This document shows positions 18,865-28,500 of a DNA stretch of 57,905 nt, in pieces. The stretch lies in contig CADBEF010000049.1 in the NCBI GenBank assembly GCA_902793555.1, positions 1-57,905 of the forward strand, given 5' to 3'. Below the pieces are notes generated by a model that saw only the letters and a program-made list of their open reading frames with translations, was not told where the DNA came from and searched no databases. The first letter of the stretch is position 1. Each line of letters begins with the position of its first letter. A program made the translations under genes and the position numbers. This DNA is from an uncultured bacterium (lineage in GTDB: Bacteria; Verrucomicrobiota; Kiritimatiellia; RFP12; UBA3636).

Positions 18865-20557
18865 AGCCTTTGTCCGTCAGAAACTCCCAGACCCGGTCGA
18901 GGAAGGTGTAGGAGCCGGTGCCGGGGGCGGCGGCGAAGTAGAAGCAGTGGCCGCGCGTGGCGAGCGTGTGCACCGCGCCCTGGACGCCCATGCGGCGCAG
19001 CTGCTCCCACGTCGCGACGGACGCCGTGGCGGGGTGCTCGTCCGCGTCGCCGTGGACGAAGAGGATCGGCGGCGTGTCGGGGTCGAACGGCAGCTCCGGG
19101 GCGAGGCGCAGCGCCGGGTCGTTGGAGCCGTCGGGCGTCCCGTTGTCGTAGGTGCCCTCAATCGTGTAGGCCGGGTAGATCGCGACGCACCACTGCACGG
19201 TGCAGGGGAGGTCGTCGGTCCCGTCGACCGGAAGGTAGGTGCGGTGGCGCGAGCCGGTCGCGGCCAGCAGCGCCAGGTGCCCGCCGGCGGAGCTGCCCAT
19301 CACGCCGATGCGGTCCGGGTCGAGGCCGCGCGCCGCGGCGCCGGCGCGGACGAGCCGGACCGCGCGCTGGACGTCCTGCCAGGCCGCGACGTGTTTGGCG
19401 AGGGGAGGGGAGGGGCGCGGCGTGCGGTAGCGGACCGTGACGACGGTCATGCCCTTTCCGTTGAGGTAGCGCCGCGCGGGCGCGACCTCGAAGCCGTCCG
19501 GGTCGTTGCCGAGGTAGGCGCCGCCGCTCCAGACGATCTGGATGGCGTCGGTCGTGCGCGTCTTCGGGAGGTGCCACTCGAGGATCGGCTCGCACTGGTC
19601 CGCCTGCGGGTGGGGCATGCGCCCCTCCGGCCAGATCGGCGCGGCCTCCGCGGCGCCGTCGCGCGCGTCGTCGGACGCGAACCGCTCGAGGATCGGCACC
19701 TCGGGCCCGAGCGGGCCGAGGAAGCCGATCTGGCGCAGGAACTCGACGCCGCGCTCGAGGCCGAACATGCCGTGCGGTTTGTCGGGATGGATGTGCAGCT
19801 CGGCCGGGACGCCCGCCGCGCGCAGGCGGCGGTAGATGCGCGTCGAGTTGAACGTCGAGTACGCGTCGGCGCCGCCGTGCGAGAGGAAGACCGGCGGCGT
19901 CTTGGAATCGAACGCGAAGGCGGGGTCGAGCTCGATGTCGAGGCCGTCGCCGTCGCGCTCGTTCGGGCACATCGGGCCGTCGGAGAGCATCCCGGCGGGG
20001 GCGAAGGCGACGGCGGCGTTCACGTGGCAGGGGATCTCGTCGAGCGCGTCGACGGGCTCGTAGACCTTCGTCTGCGACGCCGTCGCGAGGAGCAGCGAGA
20101 GGTGCGAGCCGGCGGACATCGAGACCGTGACGATGCGCTCCGGGTCGAAGCCGCGCGCGGCTGCCTGCGAGCGCACGACGCGGACGGCGCGGCGGGCGTC
20201 CTCCCACGCGGTCCTGTAGATCGCCATCCCGCGCGCCCACGGCGTGCGGTAGACGAAGTTCACGCACTGGAAGCCGAGCGCGTCGAAGCGCTCGCGCCAC
20301 TCCTTGATGAGGCCGACGTCGCAGCAGTTCTGGTAGGCGCCGCCGGAAATGAGGATCGCGCAGGCGCCGATGGGGTTCGCGGGCGGCGGATACCAGTCGA
20401 GGAAGGGCTCCGTGTGCGCGGCGGGGTCGAAGCCGGGGGCTTCCGCCTCGTCGGTCATCGCGGCGATCTGGTGGGGCTGGCGGTCGGGCATCGCGCCGGC
20501 GGGCCAGACCGGCTGGCGCTCCGCGACGGCGGGGTCGAAGGGTTTCATCGTGCTCAT
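18854..20557 (-). CDS. tandem alpha/beta-hydrolase (esterase/lipase-type, two domains)
   Basis: Two alpha/beta-hydrolase halves with nucleophile elbows VSMSAGSHL and GSSAGGHL, and C-terminal His blocks HPDKPHGMF / TRGHCF. Overlaps the 3' end of the convergent 17961..18864 by 11 nt. Confidence 0.8.
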   Translation of the reverse strand: MSTMKPFDPAVAERQPVWPAGAMPDRQPHQIAAMTDEAEAPGFDPAAHTEPFLDWYPPPANPIGACAILISGGAYQNCCDVGLIKEWRERFDALGFQCVNFVYRTPWARGMAIYRTAWEDARRAVRVVRSQAAARGFDPERIVTVSMSAGSHLSLLLATASQTKVYEPVDALDEIPCHVNAAVAFAPAGMLSDGPMCPNERDGDGLDIELDPAFAFDSKTPPVFLSHGGADAYSTFNSTRIYRRLRAAGVPAELHIHPDKPHGMFGLERGVEFLRQIGFLGPLGPEVPILERFASDDARDGAAEAAPIWPEGRMPHPQADQCEPILEWHLPKTRTTDAIQIVWSGGAYLGNDPDGFEVAPARRYLNGKGMTVVTVRYRTPRPSPPLAKHVAAWQDVQRAVRLVRAGAAARGLDPDRIGVMGSSAGGHLALLAATGSRHRTYLPVDGTDDLPCTVQWCVAIYPAYTIEGTYDNGTPDGSNDPALRLAPELPFDPDTPPILFVHGDADEHPATASVATWEQLRRMGVQGAVHTLATRGHCFYFAAAPGTGSYTFLDRVWEFLTDKGFNK

Positions 20558-20566
20558 GGCGGCGGG

Positions 20567-20575
20567 ATTCTAGCA
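20567..20575 (-). promoter_or_regulatory. extended -10 (TGCTAGAAT) 9 nt upstream of ATG 20557
   Basis: The reverse complement of 20567-20575 reads TGCTAGAAT. Only 9 nt separate the hexamer from the start codon. Confidence 0.4.
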
Positions 20576-20638
20576 CCCCGCGGGCCCCGCCCGCAAGAGG
20601 CCGCGCGCAACGATCCGGCGGACGAACGTCATGGTGGT

Positions 20639-20695
20639 TTTACCTTCTTTTGGCGGGCCGCTCCCTTTTCGCCGAACGGCCGGTACGGGTAGAAT
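20639..20695 (+). promoter_or_regulatory. promoter-like element TTTACC-N45-TAGAAT for 20770..22422
   Basis: TTTACC 20639-20644, TAGAAT 20690-20695. Confidence 0.5.
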
Positions 20696-20769
20696 GCCGG
20701 CTTGTCGGACGGCGTCCCCGCCATCGCGGCGGACCCGACGGCGACAACCCAAGCAACACGAGGCACACG

Positions 20770-22422
20770 ATGAAGCTCCACGCCCTCCCGCTCCTCTCCT
20801 CGGCGATCCTCGCGGTCGCCGTGACCGCCGCGTTCGGCGGACCGCTCGACGTCCCCGTGCCGGGCTCAAACCCGGATTCGGAGCCGTGCACGCCGGCGCG
20901 GCGCACGGACGAGTACGGCGTGCGCCACTTCGAAGACGACCGCAGCCAGAGCCAGGGCAGGACGTTCGACGCCGTCCTCTTCGGCGACTCCATCACCGAC
21001 TTCTGGGTCTACTCGAACCTGAGCTTCGACGGGGACGCCGGCAGGACGATCAACATGGGCATCGGCAGCGACCGCGCGCAGAACCTGCTCTGGCGCGTCC
21101 GGAACGGCGCGCTCGACGGCTACCAGGCGGAGTACTTCACGCTGATGATCGGCGTGAACAACGGCTACCAGAAGCACGTCGACAACCACGACGACCCCTG
21201 CGACCGCGCGGAGGACGTCGCCGAGTCGATCCGGCTCATCCTGCGCGAGATCGTGGCGAAGCACCCCGAGTCGAAGATCCTCCTGATGCCGATCCTGCCC
21301 TACGGGTTCGAGAGCCGGTACTACGCGGCGCTCGACGTCCGCAACGTGAACGAGGACGTCAACGACATCATCCTGGGGTTCGTCGACAACAGGCGCGTGT
21401 TCTGGGTGGACCTGCGCGGCGCGTTCCTCAACCCCGACGCCTCCTGCAAGGAGAGCTGCTACAAGGCCGGCGTCTACGATTCGAAGGGGCACTGCCTGCA
21501 TCCGGCCGACTCCGCCTATCCCGCCATCTGGAAGCCCGCCCTGACGGCCGCGATGCAGAAGTACCGCGCGGTCCCCGCGGGCCGGCCCCACGTGGCGGAC
21601 CCCTCGCTCGGCTACGCGTCGGCCGCGCCGAACGCGGACGGCCCCGGGACCGCGACGATCACGGTCCGCGGCATCTTCCTCGGTACGGACGCGAAGGCCG
21701 TTCCCGTCGCGTCCTACTCGGTCGCCTACGAGCTCGACGGCGGGCCGAGGAAGCCGGCCCTCTCGAACCAGACGAAGACGCGCAACTCGTTCACGATCCC
21801 GGACGTCGCGCTCGGCGCGCACACCTGCAAGGTGACCGTCACGACCGCGGACGGCAGGGAGCTCTCGACCTCGGTCGACTTCACGATGACCGAGGACTGG
21901 CGGGGCGAGGCGCTCGCCGCCGACGGCGGCGCGATCCGGACGGACGGGACGCTCGTGTGCGCGTACGCCGTCGGGAGCGGCACCTATACGGCGGGCTCCG
22001 TTCCCTTCGCCGCCTCGAACGGCGCCATCGACGACGCGAACATCGCCTGGCCCTACGGGCCGACCTCCGGCTCGCAGGTCCCGGCGGACGTCGCGGGCGG
22101 CGGGCTGCGCGACCTGCTGGCCCACTGCTGGTGGGCGAACGCGGGCGAGAAGGAGGTGACGCTCCGGAACCTCGTGCCCGGCCACCGCTACCTCGTCCAG
22201 ATCGTCGGCTTCCGCGACTTCAACGGCTACGAGAAGTCGCACGTCTGGATCAAGGAGTCGTACCGGGACGCGAACTACATCAAGGTCTGCGGCGACGGCT
22301 GGGCCCGCGGCGGCGTGCTCACGGGCACCTTCACGGCGACCGCGCCCACGAAGACAATCACCGTCTGCGCCGACAACAACTACGCCCTCAACGCCGTCCA
22401 GGTACGCGACCTGACGCGCTAG
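20770..22422 (+). CDS. secreted SGNH/GDSL (PAF-acetylhydrolase-like) esterase + Ig-like module + CBM-like module
   Basis: Signal peptide MKLHALPLLSSAILAVAVTAAFG. SGNH blocks LFGDSITDFW, GIGSDRAQNLLWR, LMIGVNN. Paralogous over its whole length to the first ~560 aa of 30282..37244. Confidence 0.9.
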   Translation: MKLHALPLLSSAILAVAVTAAFGGPLDVPVPGSNPDSEPCTPARRTDEYGVRHFEDDRSQSQGRTFDAVLFGDSITDFWVYSNLSFDGDAGRTINMGIGSDRAQNLLWRVRNGALDGYQAEYFTLMIGVNNGYQKHVDNHDDPCDRAEDVAESIRLILREIVAKHPESKILLMPILPYGFESRYYAALDVRNVNEDVNDIILGFVDNRRVFWVDLRGAFLNPDASCKESCYKAGVYDSKGHCLHPADSAYPAIWKPALTAAMQKYRAVPAGRPHVADPSLGYASAAPNADGPGTATITVRGIFLGTDAKAVPVASYSVAYELDGGPRKPALSNQTKTRNSFTIPDVALGAHTCKVTVTTADGRELSTSVDFTMTEDWRGEALAADGGAIRTDGTLVCAYAVGSGTYTAGSVPFAASNGAIDDANIAWPYGPTSGSQVPADVAGGGLRDLLAHCWWANAGEKEVTLRNLVPGHRYLVQIVGFRDFNGYEKSHVWIKESYRDANYIKVCGDGWARGGVLTGTFTATAPTKTITVCADNNYALNAVQVRDLTR

Positions 22423-22445
22423 GCGAGGGCGCGTATAGCCGACCC

Positions 22446-22502
22446 TTTACTTGTTTCCGCCGCGAATCTACCTAGCCGAACGGGCGGGCGCGGCGGTATG
22501 AT
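22446..22502 (+). promoter_or_regulatory. promoter-like element TTTACT-N45-TATGAT for 22590..30128
   Basis: TTTACT 22446-22451, TATGAT 22497-22502. Confidence 0.5.
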
Positions 22503-22589
22503 TCGCGGTGTCGAACGGAGCCATCGCCATCGCGTGGCCGGATTCGGCCCGCGTGCGGAAAGGCACGCAACCCAAGCACGAGGCTCACG

Positions 22590-25500
22590 ATGAAACCCAA
22601 CTCCTTCACGTTCCTGTCCGCGGCGATCCTCGCGATGGCCGCTGCGAACGCACCCGCGGTGTCCATCCGCGCGAACACCCCCGCCTCGCGGCTCGACGCC
22701 TGGTGGACGGCGCGCCACGCCGAGAAGGTCGCGGCGGTGGCCGATGCGTCCGTCAAGAAGGACATCGTCTTCCTCGGCGACGAGCTCGTGCAGAACTGGG
22801 AGACGACGGGCGCGGCCGCGCTCGCGTCGCACTTCGCCGGCGACAGGACGATGTTCAACCTCGGCTTCGCCGGCGACTGCACCGAGAACGTCCTGTGGCG
22901 CATCCGGAACGGCGAGCTCGGCAGCCCCAAGGCGATCTTCCTCATGATAGGAGGCAACAACTCCGCGATCTACACGAAGGCCGAGGAGGCGCCAGGCAAG
23001 ACCATCCGCGCTGTCCGCGACATCATCGACTACCTCAAGGCAAACTGCGGCTCCGCCAAGATCGTCGTCCAGGCGATTCTTCCGCGCGGACTCGACGAGT
23101 CCAATCCGGTGCGTCCCCGCAACGACCTCGTCAACAACGAAATCCGCCGCTACGCCGGTGAGAAGGGCTGCGCGTGGGTCGACATGACCGATCTCTTCCT
23201 CGAGTCGGACCACCACACGCTCAAGACCTCGCTCTTCAACGCCGATCACGCGACGCTGAACGCGGACGGCTATGCCGTCTGGGCGCAGGCGGTCGCGCCC
23301 TACGTCGACGCCGCCTCGAGCGGCGCCGCGATGCCCGCCGACCTCGTGGCGACGGCACGACCTGCAAATGCGGTGACGGCGACCTATCCGTCGTCCAAGG
23401 CGGTGATGGAGAACTTCTTCTGGGAGAAGTACCTGTACGACCTGTCCGCAATCGGCGGCAAGAGCTACGACATCGTCCTTCTCGGCGACTCCATCACGCA
23501 GAAGTGGTCCTCGAGCGATCCCGATTCGATGAACGGACTTGGCTCGAAGGTCTTCAACCTAGGGCGCACGGGCGACTTCACCGAGAACCTCCTGTGGCGT
23601 CTCGAGGGCGGATGCCTCGACGGCTACACGACGAAGTTCTTCAACCTCCTGATCGGCACGAACAACACTATCCAGCGCGAGCCGGCGAAGGACGATCCCG
23701 CGGACATCGCCGCGGGCGTGAAGGCTGTTCTGGATCTCGTTCTCGCGAAGCATCCCGAGTCGAAGGTTCTCCTGATGCCGATCCTCCCCTACGGCTACAC
23801 GAACGCGCAGCACAACGCGACCGGCATGGCGCAGTATGCCAACAACGAGGCGGCGAACGAAATCATCAAGACATACGCGGACGGACAGCGCGTGATCCTC
23901 GTCGACGTCCGCAACCAGTTCCTCAACGCCGACGGAACCTTCAAGGGCGAGATGTACCTCGAGAAGGACGGCGACTATCCCGACATGTTCCTGCACCTTT
24001 CGGCCAAGGGCTACCGCGAGATCATGGCGCCGGCGATCTCCGCCGCCATGGCTTCGGCGGGCGCCTCTTCGGTGACGCTTCCCGCGCTGGACAACGTTAC
24101 CGCGCAGGTGAGCGGAACGTCGGCGACGATCTCGCTTTCGGGCGTGACGAAGGGCACGGACGCCAACGGTGCCGCCGCGTCGTCCTACTCCGTCGTCTCC
24201 AAGCTCGATACGGACGCCGAGGCGACGGTCCTTTCGGGACAGTCCGGCGCAACGGCGTCGTTCTCGCTCGCTGATCTCGCCGACGGCTGGCACTCCTGCG
24301 CGGTGACGGTGCGGAACGGCGACGGCATGGTCTCCGCGACGAAGCGCGTGAAGTTCCAGATCGACTCCCAGGCCGACGCGGTCGGCTGGAAGGTCGCCCC
24401 GATGACGGCCGACGGCTCCGCGATCCGCGGCGACGGCACGAAGGTCTTCGCGATCGCGAAGAGCGGCGACACGGCCGGCGGGGTGACGTTCGACTCAAGT
24501 TCGGATCCTTCCAATGCCTCGCTCGAGACCACGCCGGCGAAGGACGGAGGCGATGGCTGGGGGCTGGGCGTCAACAACAACATCGTCAACGCCTTCTGGT
24601 GGTGGAACATGTCCGGGACGTCGACGGACGTCACCTTCAAGCTCAAGGGTCTTACGGACGGACGCAAGTATCTCGTCCAGATCGTGGCGAGCCACTACCA
24701 CAACAGCAGCGGCATAACGATTTCCGCGGGCGACGTCGCCCCCGTCACCGCGAACGACAGCAACGACTACAGGTACGGCGCCGTCGTCACCCGCGTGTTC
24801 GAGGCATCCGGCACCACGGAGAATGTCGTCGTCAACTTCTCCGGATCGAGCAGCAAGTTCGAGGTCAAGGCCATCCAGCTCCGCGAGCTCGGAGACGGCT
24901 CGGGCGGCGGCGGCGGTGGTGGCGGCGGCGAGGACCTCACCGGGGAGTTCGTCAAGAAGACGTTCGTCGCGTCCAACAAGCTGCAGCTTCCCTACCGCGT
25001 CGCGGCGAAGGCCGACCCGAACGGCGGGAAGGTCCCGGTTGTCGTCTTCCTCCACGGATACGGCCAGTGCGGCGTCGACAATTCGTTCACGATCAACGAG
25101 ATGTCGAACATCCAGCGCTACCTCGACGGCGCGGGCGGCCCAAGCGGCTACAAGCTTCTCGTCCCCCAGTGCCCGAACGACGTCAAGTGGGCGGAGTTCT
25201 CCATGAACTCGACCACCTGCACGTTCCAGGACAAGCCGTCCGCGGCGCTCCAGGCGGTGTTCGACCTTCTCGACGCCTACGCCGCGATGGCGGACGTCGA
25301 CGCCGACCGCATCTACGTCACCGGCCTCTCGATGGGCGGGCACGGGACCTGGGACGCGATCTGCCGCCGGCCCGACTTCTTCGCCGCGGCGATGCCGTGC
25401 TGCGGCGGCGGCGATCCCGCCTGCGCGGCCGACATCGCGCACGTCCCGGTCCTGGCCGTCCACAACCGCGGAGACCCGACCATTCCCGTCGAGCAGACCG

Positions 25501-28500
25501 AGGGCATCGTCACGGCGCTCCGGGCGCTCGGATCGGACGTGATCTTCGAGAAGCTCGAGAACAACAGCCATGACGCCTGGACGACGTGCTACGCCACGGA
25601 GGACGACGTCACGGCGGGCGCGCCGAACCACCGCTTCGTCTGGATGTTCGCGCAGAACCGCGCGACGAACAACCGGCCGAAGTATCCGCGCATCGCGGAG
25701 CTCGCCGCGGCGCCGAGCGGATCGAACGCGACGATCTCGCTCACGGGCGTGGTCTTGGGCACGGACGCCGATTCGGTTCCCGCGACCAAGTATTCCGTCG
25801 CGTACAAGCTCGACGGCGGCGCCGCCGTGACGGCGCTCTCCGACCAGACTGCGGACTGCTCGTTCACGCTCGAAGGGCTCGCGGACGGCAACCACACCTG
25901 CGAGGTGACGATGACGACGGACAAGGGCCGGACGAAGACCAGGTCCGTCGTCTTCTACGTCAACACGTCCGCCGTCTCCGACGTCTGGACCTCCGCCCAG
26001 ATGGACGAGGCCGGCGACTCCTTCAGCACCGAGGGCACGTTCGTCTACGGCTATGTGTGCAACGGCGGGACCATCAATGGCATCCCGTTCGAGCGGTCGA
26101 TAAACCTCCAGTCGTCGGAGAATCCCCCGAAGATTTCATTCAACCCCAACATCGACGGCTTCACCGGCGACTTCTTGAACGAAGGCGTCGGCGGCAACTT
26201 CGGTCTCACCCTCGGCAACGGCTGGTACTGGGACAGCGACGGGGCGGGCACGCACACGGTCACGCTGACGCTCTCGAATCTCGAAGGCGGGAAGAAGTAC
26301 CTCGTCCAGTTCCTGGCGCACAACTTTTTTAACAACACGACGATCGTCTCCGCGAACGGGTGCGACCCCGTGCACATCCACGGCGACAATGCGGAGAGCG
26401 GGAAGTATGGCGCGCTCGTCACGGGCGTCTTCACGGCCGTCGGCGCGACGAAGGACGTGACGATCACCTATCAGGGCGGTAGCGGCAAGATGCCGTTCAA
26501 CGCCGTCCAGGTCCGCGAGCTCGACGGCGGCGGCGGCGGTGGCGGCGGGGCGACGGTCGTCGAGCCGTCGATCGGCAGCGTGACCGCGACTCCGGACGGG
26601 AGCACCGCGTCGCTTTTTCTCTCCGGCATCGTGATGGGGACGGACGATGCCGGGACTAACGCCACCTCCTATTCCGTCTCCTACGCGCTGAACGGCGGGG
26701 CCGCCGTCACGGCACTTCAGAACCTGACCGCCGCGACGGCGACGTTCTCCATCGAAGGCCTCGCCGACGGCGACTACGCGTGCGCGGTGACGATCACGAC
26801 CGACAAGGGCAAGACCTCGGCGGCGAAGTCGGTCTCCTTCCGGATCGGCACGCCTCCGCCGCCGGTCATCGCGCCGTCGATCGCCGCGGCGACCGCCAAT
26901 GTCGCCGGCTCGAACGCGACGGTCACGCTCTCCGGCATCGTGCTCGGGACGGACGATGCCGGGACTAACGCCACTTCCTATTCCGTCTCCTACGCGCTGA
27001 ACGGCGGGACCTCTGTCGCAGCGCTCGCGAACCAGACCACCGACACCGCCTCGTTCTCCATCGAGAACCTCGCCGACGGCTCCTACGCCTGTGCAGTCAC
27101 GGTCACGACCGACAAGGGCAAGACGGCCACGAAGTCCGTCTCGTTCGCCGTCAGCACGTCGGGCGGCGGCGGTTCCGTCGTGGAGGGCTGGACCGTCGGG
27201 CCGATGGCCGCGGACGGCAGCACGATTCGCACGGACGGCACGCTCCTCTATGCGTACTGTTCTCCCGGCGGAACCGTGGGCGGCGTTCCCTTCGCCCGTG
27301 CCGTCAACCTCGACGCGGCGACCATGGTCTCCGCATCGCCCGCCTCCGCCGGGAACAGCGGGGGAAGCTTCGGCGACGGCGGGGCGACGGGCGACTTCGG
27401 CAACATGCTTCGAGACGGTTGGTATTGGACGGGAGAGGAAGTGCCGCTTTCGTTCACGCTCACGCTCTCGGGGCTGACGGCCGGCCACGCCTACCTCGTC
27501 CAGCTCGTTTCGCACCGGACGTCCAACAGCACGACCGTTTCGGCGAATGGCTCGACGCCCGTGTACATCCACGGAACCCACGACGGCGTGGACTACACCT
27601 ACGGCGCCTCCCTCGTCGGCGTCTTCACGGCCACGGGCGCGACGGCTGACATCACCGTCACCTATCCGACCGGTACGGGCAACCGGCCCCTCAACGCCAT
27701 CCAGGTGCGCGACCTCGGCGAGGCCGGCGGCGGCGGCTTCCAGGACTGGCCCGAGGACCCCGACACGGCGATCACGGACGCGACCTCGCCGGCGGACCTC
27801 GGACTCACGGGCGGCGCCTTCGCGGAGGCCGGCACCACGACGGCGGAGCTGCGCAGGCTCGCGAAATGGGCGAAGAAGAACGGCGTGCCGTTCGGCGGCG
27901 CGGACGTGAACGCGATGTCCTTCGACGCGGACGGGAACCCCGACAACGCGCTTTCGGCTGCCTACCTCCTGAACTGCGCCGTGGCCGGCCTCGACGAGGC
28001 GAAGGCCGCGTTCCGCTTCGCGGGAATCGATCCGGGCACGGTCCCGGCCATCGCCGGGACCTACAACGGGACCGTGACGGTCTTCGGCGCCGACGCGCCG
28101 TCCGGCCCGTGGCAGCCCGCCACGGACCAGCACCAGTTCGACGTCACGAGGGTCGTGCGCGGCGAGGGCGTCTGCGAGGTCGCCTGCGCGGCGATCGAGA
28201 AGCGCTTCTCGACCCCCGCGAAGAAGCACTTCTTCGGGCTGCGCACGCCCGTGCCGTTCGCCGTGGAGATCCCGGTCGGCGGCGACGCGGCCGCGTTCGA
28301 GGCCTCGTGCGGCATCGACGCCGCCGGCGCGCCGGGCACGGTCGCGCTGAAGGTCCTCGCCGACGGCCGCGAAGTCTGGTCGGGCGTCGTGGCGGCGGGC
28401 GCCGCGGCCGACCTCAAGGCGCGCGCGGACGTGAGCGGCGCCCAGACGTTCACGCTCGTCGCCGAGCCGGCGGACGGCGGTGCGGGGAAGGGCGTCGGCG

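Noticed and set aside
24896-24932. GGC/GGT triplet runs (also near 26523, 27160, 33425 and 33975) as phase-variable repeats.
   Set aside because: The unit length is 3, so slippage only changes the length of poly-Gly linkers between modules and cannot switch the frame. These are ordinary interdomain linkers.
26619-27008. Near-identical repeat pair as a possible diversity-generating retroelement template/variable region.
   Set aside because: The mismatches are not adenine-specific (A>C, G>C, C>T). No reverse transcriptase gene is present in the window. The pattern fits tandem module duplication or gene conversion.
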